From Octopus sinensis (Eukaryota): 64,000 nucleotides of DNA. Location: NCBI RefSeq assembly GCF_006345805.1, contig NC_043026.1, positions 14,673,579-14,737,578 of the forward strand. Reading direction: 5' to 3'. This document shows, one piece after another, positions 54,357-64,000 of this stretch (positions are counted from its first letter, which is position 1; every line of letters begins with the position of its first letter). The notes under the pieces are model-generated. The model saw only the letters and a list, made by a program, of their open reading frames with translations. It did no database searches and was not told the origin of the DNA. The translations under genes were made by a program, and so were the position numbers.

Positions 54357-54658
54357 ACTCTTTACTCTCTCTTTTACTTGTTTCAGTCATTTGACTGCGG
54401 CCATGCTGGAGCAGCGCGTTTAATCGAGCAACTCGACTCCGGGACTTATTCTTTTGTAAGCCCAGTACTTATTCTATCGGTCTCTTTTGCCGAACCGCTA
54501 AGTAACGGGGACATAAACACACCAGCATCAGTTGTCAAGCAATGCTAGGGGGACTAACACTGACACACAAACACATACACGCATATACATATATACGACA
54601 GGCTTCTTTCAGTTTCCGTCTACCAAATCCACTCACAAGGCTTTGGTTGGCCCGAGGC
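54357..54658 (-). mobile_element. SINE family 1, head-truncated
   Basis: Body and tail homology; another partial copy lies at 53775-53975 (+). Confidence 0.85.
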
Positions 54659-55293
54659 TGACACTAAAACTTATTGATGAAACATATCCATGCACACATC
54701 ATCATCATCTTTTAATGTTTGCGTTTCATGTCGGCATGGGTTAGATGAATCCAGGGTCTGCTTTAGAATGTCTTCTGCTGCTTGATACCCATCCTAATGC
54801 CACTCGCTTTACAAAGGGTGCTGTGTGCCTTAGCACCAACTCTGGTGAGCCTGGCATGTAACTTGCAAGACTACGAGCCATGAGAAGAGGCTTTATGCTA
54901 GATGCGGGGTTAAAATATAAAAGAAGGGGATCGGGACAAGTTTATCGCTGTAGAGGTGCCAACGGCTACTCACATGATACGGTGTCACAGTCTCCATTAA
55001 GAATTTCGGACGGAAATGCAATTTGCCTGATGTTCGTCCATATCTTTCTACCATAGCTGCGAGGAGATAACTCTTCTTACCCAGAGTATTAGCTCTCTTA
55101 CCTAGTTATTCCCCTTCGCATTTTTTTTTTTTTTATTGTCATATATACATACAGATATATACATACATACATATATACATACATACATACATACATACAG
55201 ATATATACATATATACATACATACATACATACATACATACATACATACATACAGATATATACATATATACATATATACATACATACATATATA

Positions 55294-55327
<34 letters not shown>

Positions 55328-55425
55328 CATACATACATACATACATACATACAGATATATACATACATACATACATACATACATACAGATATATACATAC
55401 ATACATATATACATACATACATATA

Positions 55426-55461
<36 letters not shown>

Positions 55462-55527
55462 CATACATACAGATATATACATACATACAGATATATACAT
55501 ACATACATATATACATACATACATATA

Positions 55528-55580
<53 letters not shown>

Positions 55581-55736
55581 ATTTACATATATATATATGT
55601 ATATTTATATATATATATATACATACATATATATATATATATATACATACATATATATATACATACATATATATATTATACATACATATATATATATATA
55701 TAATACATATATATATATATATACATACATATATAT

Positions 55737-55779
<43 letters not shown>

Positions 55780-56105
55780 CATATATACATACATACAGAT
55801 ATATATATATATTTACATACATATATATATACATATATATATACATATATATATCTGTATGTGTGTGTGTATATATATATAACGGGAAGGTTTACGAAAA
55901 TAAACAAAAGACGATGGCAGGTGGAGTACGAACAAACAAATGTATTAGTATGGCGCTCAGGAATAGAAATAAGACAAGTCTTTTATGTTTCGAGCCTACG
56001 CTCTTCGACAGAAAGATACACAGAAAAAAAAAACAAGGAGAGAAAAAAATGCGTGCAGGAGCTAACAATTCAACAGGGCGTTGTTATATATACATATATA
56101 CGTAC

Positions 56106-56150
<45 letters not shown>

Positions 56151-56265
56151 ATATATACATACATGAGGAGAAAAACAACAGTAACAACGACAACAACAGT
56201 AAGAAGAAGGCAAATTGGGAGAAGGAGGAAACGAAGAAGAATGAAGCTTTTGTGAAACATCTTAC

Positions 56266-56316
56266 CACAGCCTGGTGGGATTGTTGAACCTGTGAATCAT
56301 AGAGTTGTCTCTTGGC
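56266..56316 (-). CDS. DNAJC14: DNAJC14 coding exon, end of J-domain
   Basis: ttacAG...GTaaga; 51 bp: AKRQLYDSQVQQSHQAV, matching the KR..YD end of J-domains. Confidence 0.85.
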
Positions 56317-56656
56317 CTGTAATAGAGGAGAATAGAGGCGAGTTAGATGCGTCTCTTCTTTACTCTATGTCTCTGATTATATACACATACGTGTGTGTGT
56401 GTGTAAATATATATGTGTGTATATAAAATTACAATTAGGGATATCTAAGAGATACCACTGTGCTAGAGATAGCAGTCAAAATTTGACTCTAAAAACCACT
56501 GGTTTTAGAATCACGTAGTGACTGCTATCTCAAGCATGGTGGTATCTCTTGGATACCCTTAATTATAATTTTAACAATAATTAATACCTATAAGGTTTTT
56601 ATTCCCATGCTGGCCACCTGATACGGTCAGTATTTTAAATAACAATCTCATCCTTG

Positions 56657-56688
<32 letters not shown>

Positions 56689-57024
56689 TGTATATATAAC
56701 TTATATAACTTCCCACTGATGAAGGGAGGATTCTTACAAACTAACCCTGAAATCGGTCCGATATGGTAATAATGGAATTTTTTAGAAATTTCCGTCGGCT
56801 TTTTTTTCGAGTAGTGTGCATATTGTGAAAAATTATATGGTTATGGACAATATGTCCAATTTTCGGCATATTTGGCATTAGAAATGTTTTCGTTTGCCCT
56901 TATTTATAAGTTGTTTATAATTTTAACCTTTAGAGGTATTTTTTAATATGCTGCCCATTGATACAATTTTTTTTCGAAAAAAATTTTATCCTACATTAAA
57001 TATAAATATATATATTTATTTTCT

Positions 57025-57487
57025 CTAGTTTCAGCTCAGAGCTGCGACCATGCTGATCCACCGCTGTTTTGTGCTACACGGTTATTACGAAGAACCTCGT
57101 CTAATATGTGGCACTTGGTGAAGAATGGAGTTTGATGTAGCTACCCTCATTTGCACCTCTTGCCGTGAGGTAGGTTCATCTGGGACTCTTGACAGGAAGA
57201 TGTCCAGCCTTGATTTAAAAACTGCTACATCTACTTTGTGCAAGTTCCTCAGACTCTTTGGGAGAATATTAAAAAGCTGTGTGCCCTTGAAACCCAGGCT
57301 GTTGCAGAAGCTGGTCCTGAAGCGTGATGGCATTGCTGGGATCTTTGGCACTATGCAGTGTCGTCCCGTTCTAGCATTGGTGTAGCTTACAATGCCAAAA
57401 TTGGGCACAATTCCTTCCAGGATCTTCCAGACATATATTACTGCATACCTCTCCCGTCTTCTCTCCAGGGAGTAGAGTCTTAGCTTT
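57025..57487 (-). mobile_element. 3' fragment of the same CR1/L2 LINE family
   Basis: PNFGIVSYTNARTGRHCIVP...FLSRVPDEPTSRQE, homologous to 31850-32100. Confidence 0.9.
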
Positions 57488-57736
57488 GTACATACAAATA
57501 AGAAGATATTTTTACAGATGCAGAGTTGCTGTCAGAACGGCAGGAATATTGGGTAAATTATGCTTATAAGGCAGGAAAATTTGTCAACAAGCAGCCCTGG
57601 GACTCAAGGAAGAGACAATTATTTTCTGAACTTGTTTGTCTCACAGCTGTTTCTGTCTTTTAGATGCAATGCACACAACACTGAAAGAGGCATGCACTGC
57701 ATCGTACAGCAGAAACAGATAAGGGGATATAACAGA

Positions 57737-58043
57737 CTAGCAGTATCGCCCAGCGTTGCTCGGGTTTGTAAGGGAATTAATTATATAAGCATTTTTAGAG
57801 AGTTACTTCCCTTATATAACCCGAGCAAAAATCATTAAAAATGTGGAAAAATGATGGTAAATTTTTTTTTAAATCATAGACTCATCGTAGACACGCGCTA
57901 ATACCCAGAAGGGCCCGATATGAATGACGACTATAAGATACCCGCTTTTGGTTAAACTGCACCGCAAAATGTGGGAGTAGTTAGGAATCTAAATCGGAGG
58001 AGACAGAGTCTCACACACACAACTTCAATTTTATATATAAAGA
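57737..58043 (-). mobile_element. Non-autonomous Helitron (same family as 3397-3782)
   Basis: Same termini and internal homology. Confidence 0.85.
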
Positions 58044-58044
58044 T

Positions 58045-58547
58045 ATCATGATATGTGATGTAACATGTCTCCAAAAGTCCATGTGCTTCACTCTCATTTG
58101 GATTTTTTTGCTGAAAATCTTGATGTGAGTGATGAACATGATGAAAGATTCCATCAGGATATTTCAGTGATGGAGCGATGATTCAAAGAAAAATGGAACC
58201 CTGACATGTTGGCTACTGCTGGGGTGTAAAAAACAGAAGATCACACTCCGCACAAGAGGCTTAGAAGTACAAAACTTGTTTAAACTGACAGGTGTGTTTT
58301 TAATTCATAACCAATATATGTTTTGTTATAGCAACTAAATTTTTTGTTTTGTTTTCTGCAACTTTCAGTATTTGCAATGTTGTGTCCAATACGCAATATC
58401 ATTGCAGTATATTATAAAAAATAGGGTCCAGGGTACAGGAAAACGGTGCCTAATCTGGAGAAATAAAGGTCAGAATCAGAATCAGGACCCAGAAACAAGT
58501 CCTACTTAAATTGTATTTTTTTTTAACCCGAAATTTGTTGCACAGTG
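58045..58547 (+). mobile_element. DNA transposon 3' remnant, probably CMC/Chapaev-3-like
   Basis: MSPKVHVLHSHLDFFAENL.VSDEH.ERFHQDISVME..KW...ML; ends ...gcacagtg (CAC terminus). The superfamily assignment is from memory. Confidence 0.55.
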
Positions 58548-58619
58548 TATATAGAAGAGAGAGAAAAGAGAGGCCAGAGAGGGAATGGCATAACAATAAA
58601 AAGTACCAGCTGTACTCAC

Positions 58620-58688
58620 GGGTTCTCCAATCATGTCAAAAGCATGGTGAAGTATCTTGAACGCTTCTTCAGCACCAGTTTGGGAATT
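58620..58688 (-). CDS. DNAJC14: DNAJC14 coding exon, J-domain helix III
   Basis: ttgtAG...GTgagt; 69 bp: NSQTGAEEAFKILHHAFDMIGEP continues HPDK in frame. Not in the ORF track. Confidence 0.9.
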
Positions 58689-58810
58689 CTACAAGCAACA
58701 ATAACAACAACATCAGTTTCACAATAGGTATACTCAAAATGATACATACACACACACATATGTATACATATATATATATATATACAATGTATATATACTA
58801 CATTGTATAC

Positions 58811-58853
<43 letters not shown>

Positions 58854-58875
58854 CCTGTATATATGCATACATATG

Positions 58876-60099
58876 CAGATCAGGGCGAAAATGTCGCTAG
58901 AAGCTAGGATCACCAAGCATAGATTGGCATATTTCGGTTATATTATGCGGAGAAAATCCCTGGAGAAGGACATCATGCTTGGAATGGCCAATGGCAAGAG
59001 AGGAAGAGGCCGACCAATGGAGAAGTTCTTAAGCAGATCAGGCCGAAAATGTCGCTAGAAGCTAGGATCACCAAGCATAGATTGGCATATTTCGGTTATA
59101 TTATGAGGAGAAAATCCCTGGAGAAGGACATCATGCTTGGAATGGCCAATGGCAAGAGAGGAAGAGGCCGACCAATGGAGAAGTTCTTAAGCAGATCAGG
59201 CCGAAAATGTCGCTAGAAGCTAGGATCACCAAGCATAGATTGGCATATTTCGGTTATATTATGAGGAGAAAATCCCTGGAGAAGGACATCATGCTTGGAA
59301 TGGCCAATGGCAAGAGAGGAAGAGGCCGACCAATGGAGAAGTTCTTAAGCAGATCAGGCCGAAAATGTCGCTAGAAGCTAGGATCACCAAGCATAGATTG
59401 GCATATTTCGGTTATATTATGAGGAGAAAATCCCTGGAGAAGGACATCATGCTTGGAATGGCCAATGGCAAGAGAGGAAGAGGCCGACCAATGGAGAAGT
59501 TCTTAAGCAGATAAGGCCGAAAATGTCGCTAGAAGCTAGGATCACCAAGCATAGATTGGCATATTTCGGTTATATTATGAGGAGAAAATCCCTGGAGAAG
59601 GACATCATGCTTGGAATGGCCAATGGCAAGAGAGGAAGAGGCCGACCAATGGAGAAGTTCTTAAGCAGATCAGGCCGAAAATGTCGCTAGAAGCTAGGAT
59701 CACCAAGCATAGATTGGCATATTTCGGTTATATTATGAGGAGAAAATTCCTGGAGAAGGACATCATGCTTGGAATGGCCAATGGCAACAGAGGAAGAGGC
59801 CGACCAATGGAGAAGTTCTTAAGCAGATCAGGCCGAAAATGTCGCTAGAAGCTAGGATCACCAAGCATAGATTGGCATATTTCGGTCATATTATGCGGAG
59901 AAAATCCCTGGAGAAGGACATCATGCTTGGAGTGGTCAGTGGCAAGAGAAGAAGAGACCGACCAAGAACCCGCTGGCTTGACACCATCAAGAGTGATACT
60001 GGAATGGACATAGCCAATCTGAAAGAAGCGGCCCAGGATAGAACTGACTGGAGGACACTGATCCATCGAGTAACCGAGAGTCGACTTCGACTAAGCGGA
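58876..60099 (+). repeat. 158-bp x6 tandem array derived from an RTE LINE, followed by the RTE 3' end
   Basis: Unit starts at 58876, 59034, 59192, 59350, 59508, 59666, 59824; the last copy runs into RTRWLDTIK..AAQDRTDWR. Confidence 0.95.
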
Positions 60100-60388
60100 T
60101 AGATAGATAGATATATGTATGTATACATATACATTTATAGAGCAGCTTCTAACACAAAATTTGAATAATATATAAATCCTGAAAAGGGGTTGGAAATGTT
60201 TTGGAGCCCTAGGTTCATAAGACCAGTTTCCCAGTCTTTGAGGCGTATGTATTCCCATCCTGGATGGGACGATAGTCCATCTTGCAGGATTACTCATTTG
60301 TGATGACTGGATGCAGTGGAACAATGTGAAATGGAGTCACCCAGGTCAGGGCTCAGGAATCGAAACTATATATATATATATATATATA

Positions 60389-60498
<110 letters not shown>

Positions 60499-60591
60499 GT
60501 ATGTATGTATATATATATATATATATATAGATATATATATATATGTATGTATGTATATATATATATGTATGTATATATGTATGTATGTATG

Positions 60592-60628
<37 letters not shown>

Positions 60629-60643
60629 ATATATGTATGTATG

Positions 60644-60681
<38 letters not shown>

Positions 60682-60751
60682 TGTATGTTATATATGTATG
60701 TATATATGTATATATATTATATATATATATGTGTATATATGTATGTATGTA

Positions 60752-60785
<34 letters not shown>

Positions 60786-60813
60786 TATATGTATGTATAT
60801 GTATGTATGTATG

Positions 60814-60851
<38 letters not shown>

Positions 60852-61402
60852 GTATGTATGTATGTATGTATATATGTATTGATTGATTGATTGATTCTAG
60901 TTTCAGCTTATGAGCTGTGGCCATGCTGGGGCACCGCCATTTATGTATGTATATTTATATAGATATTATTAATAGTAGTAGTAAATAATAATAATAATGG
61001 AACAAATATGGGCTGCAGTAAGGGTGGAGCACTTGCAGAAAACAGCACTGCTTGGAACTGCTCAAATACTTCAGAAAGTGCCCAAAAAATAAGAGGTGTT
61101 ACCTTAGTTCACTGGTAGTGAACAGCTGACACCATAGTACATCTCCAGCATTAGAAGCTGTGCAAAGGCAATGATAATAATAATAATAGAAATGGCTAGC
61201 AGGCCTTTAAACTAATAAAAGGGCAAATCCATAAATTTTATAATTAATTAATAATAATAACTGAGGGTACACAAGGTACTAGTGTTGCTATAAAATAAGG
61301 AGTGACAAATCTGAAAAGCCACCATTTCACTGGAAACATTACAGTCCCACAGAAATCGAGTGTTGACGAGAATTAAGGGAATAACCTAAAACTTCGAAAC
61401 CC

Positions 61403-61440
<38 letters not shown>

Positions 61441-62189
61441 CTTACTTGGAGGAAACGAAACGACGCGAGGGCGCTCAGTCATACAATAGTGTAATAAATA
61501 AAATATATGCATACATACATATATGTACGTACCTACATCTACATGTATATATACATGCATATATAAATATATATACGTGAGTACAGGACACCACAACTAG
61601 ACGTAGAACTCAACGAGAAACGAAAACGTAAAAACAAACATGGAAACGGACCTTTTTTTTTAACAACGAAAAAAACAGAGTACAAGACAAACAACACAAG
61701 GAAAAATCCCCTTCATCAGCTGCCCCTAGTACGACTCCATGCGTGTTTCGAAGGTGAGGACAGAACACGACTCGTCGAACTAGCCCTTCCTGCGAATAGA
61801 GATAAAACCACTATTAGGCAAATCAAACAGTGAAAAACATAAACCAATACATAGAAATAAAATTAATTAATATAATATACAAAATATATAAAATATAATA
61901 TTTTAAATTTTAAATTTTGAATATTATATTTTATTTTGTATATTATATTAATTAATTTTATTTCTATGTTTTGGTTTATGTTTTTCACTGTTTGATTTGC
62001 CTAATAGTGGTTTTATCTATAATTTAATTTATATTTATATTGTAAAATTAGATTTAATCCTAAATCTAATTTTTCCCTAATATTATTATATATACATATA
62101 TATAATAATAATATTAGGGAAAAATTAGATTTAGGATTAAATCTAATTTTACAATATAAATATATATATATATATCACGTCACCATCAT

Positions 62190-62484
62190 CATGTGACCGA
62201 CCAGTCCATCAGATGTAGTTACACATCGCTGGTCACAATGCGTTCGCATTGTTTTAGCCTTCGAATGACGCCACCCCGCTGGCTAAGCGAGCAGGCCAAC
62301 AGAAGAGAGATTGGGAGAAAGAATGGTGAAAGAGTACAGCAGGGATCACCTCCCCCTGCCGGAGCCTCGTGGAGCTTTTAGGTGTTTTCACTCAATAAAC
62401 ACTCACAACGCCCGGTCTGGGAATCGAAACCGCGATCCTACAACCGCGAGTCTGCTGCCCTAACCACTAGGCCATTGCGCCTCC
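62190..62484 (-). mobile_element. SINE family 2 variant with a different 3' part
   Basis: Same head and 5' body; the 3' half diverges and ends in (gat)n. Confidence 0.75.
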
Positions 62485-62848
62485 ACACACACACACACAT
62501 ATATATATATATGCATACATAGGCTTGCCTGTGTGGTAGGAAGTTTGATTTCCAACCACATGGCTTGGGGTTCAGTCTGTATCCAAGACTGTGTCCAAAT
62601 TGCTCTGGCATCAAAGAGTCCCAATTTTGATGGAATTGTAACAAAAATCAAGCAACAACATTTCTCCAAAACCTGAAGTGAAAAAGCTTCTAGAAAAATC
62701 CTTTTGCATCAAGCAACCAACAACAACAACAGCCACATCTCCCTCGAATCATGACAACACGGGGATACTGTAAAGCAGTGATATGCAATGACTGTTAGAT
62801 AGAGGGGATGGTCATGGATGGAGCGTGAAGGTTAAAAGTTCTCCTTAC

Positions 62849-62933
62849 CTTGTCGGGATGAACAAGTATTACTTGCTTCTTGTAATATTTCTTTATGTCT
62901 TCATCTGTGCTCTGGCATTTCAAACCTAAAATA
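62849..62933 (-). CDS. DNAJC14: DNAJC14 coding exon, J-domain (first coding exon found in window; no upstream exon seen, presumed beyond 64000)
   Basis: tccAG acceptor and GTaagg donor; 85 bp = 1+28 codons: ILGLKCQSTDEDIKKYYKKQVILVHPDK with the HPD motif. Confidence 0.93.
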
Positions 62934-63796
62934 CTGGATACAAACACAGACCAATATATATATATATATATACACAACTTTAATGACACTTTGGAAATTA
63001 GTAGGAAGTAATATAATGTACTATTGACTATGCATATTTGCATCTAGGTACTAATGTGTGTATGTTTATTATCACAATATTAAATTGAAAACTGAAACAT
63101 TGAATGTGGAACATATATATGTTTACTAATTTATATTATTTATTTACATCATTATCATCATCATCATCATCATCATCATCGTTTAACGTCCGTTTTCCGC
63201 GCTAGCACGGGTTGGACGGTTTGACCGGGGTCTGGGGAGCCAGGGGCTGCCCCAGGCTCCAGTCTGATCTGGCAGTGTTTCTACAGCTGGATGCCCTTCC
63301 TAACGCCAACCACTCTGCGAGTGTAGTGGGTGCTTTTTACGTGCCACCTGCACAGGTGCCAGAGGGGTCTGGCATCGGCCACGATCGGTTATTGCCTTTT
63401 TTCGTTGCATTGTGGCAGGGGGGAGGGTTCCGGCAGAGGGGAGAGAGAGTGGGGGGTGCATGTAATATAGGGGAGCACCAGTGGGGAAGGTTTGGGGTAA
63501 AGAGAAACGATGACGTATATGTATATTTTTATATGTATAGGAATGTGAGTATATGCACTCATATGTATATCTCCGAAGAGGCCTTATGATATTTTTGTAA
63601 ATGTCTCAGTTATATCTATATATTGACCTACCATAAAAGGCTAATATTGGTAAAATGAGACATACTTATCTACATGGCCGAAACAGCTGTAAGATGTAAT
63701 CTATACTTATATTTATATTTACTTATATTTATATTCTCTTTTTTATATATATTCTACTTATTATACATGTATATATATACATACATATATATCTAT

Positions 63797-63827
<31 letters not shown>

Positions 63828-63864
63828 CACATATATATATATCACATAAGGAACGTAAAAGTGG

Positions 63865-64000
63865 TAATCGATGAAAAACTTCCAGAGTTGCTCAATCGAA
63901 AGGGTGTTTTTTTCCTTCAAGACAACGCTAGACCTTGTGTTTCCTAGCAGACCGGGCAGAAATTGGTGCAGCTTGACCGGAATGCTCTGCAGCAGCAACT
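63865..64000 (+). mobile_element. mariner transposase remnant
   Basis: IDEKLPELLNRKGVFFLQDNARP resembles the mariner HDNARPH region; contains an in-frame stop. Confidence 0.7.

Noticed and set aside
61700-61770. GAAAC...GTC...CTGATGA in type II order on the minus strand (similar at 40180-40210)
   Set aside because: Stems I and III do not pair and the first stem II pair is a mismatch.

Overview
AT-rich, microsatellite-dense animal genomic DNA, most likely from an octopus. That assignment is inferred from the SINE/LINE repertoire and repeat density, not from a search. Two spliced minus-strand genes are supported. One is the 3' part of DNAJC14 (8 coding exons, 62933 to 45990, all GT-AG and in frame, with the J-domain HPD and the Jiv zinc-binding domain). 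The other is a two-exon GT10 alpha-1,3-fucosyltransferase of the FucTA type (34622 to 21077), whose signal anchor lies in a different reading frame. The rest is transposon-derived: three tRNA-SINE-like families, CR1/L2 and RTE LINE pieces, several Penelope-like (PLE) fragments, Helitrons, Tc1/mariner and CMC remnants, and many fold-back hairpins. The strongest unexplained signal is a non-coding head-to-tail array of ~600-bp units at 26851-28805. Each full unit carries an intact-looking type I hammerhead ribozyme with a palindromic stem III, in the sense orientation of the fucosyltransferase intron, which resembles a retrozyme or PLE terminal-repeat array. Further hammerhead-like motifs, mostly decayed, occur at five other loci. 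All RNA structures were paired by eye; no folding or database search was run.
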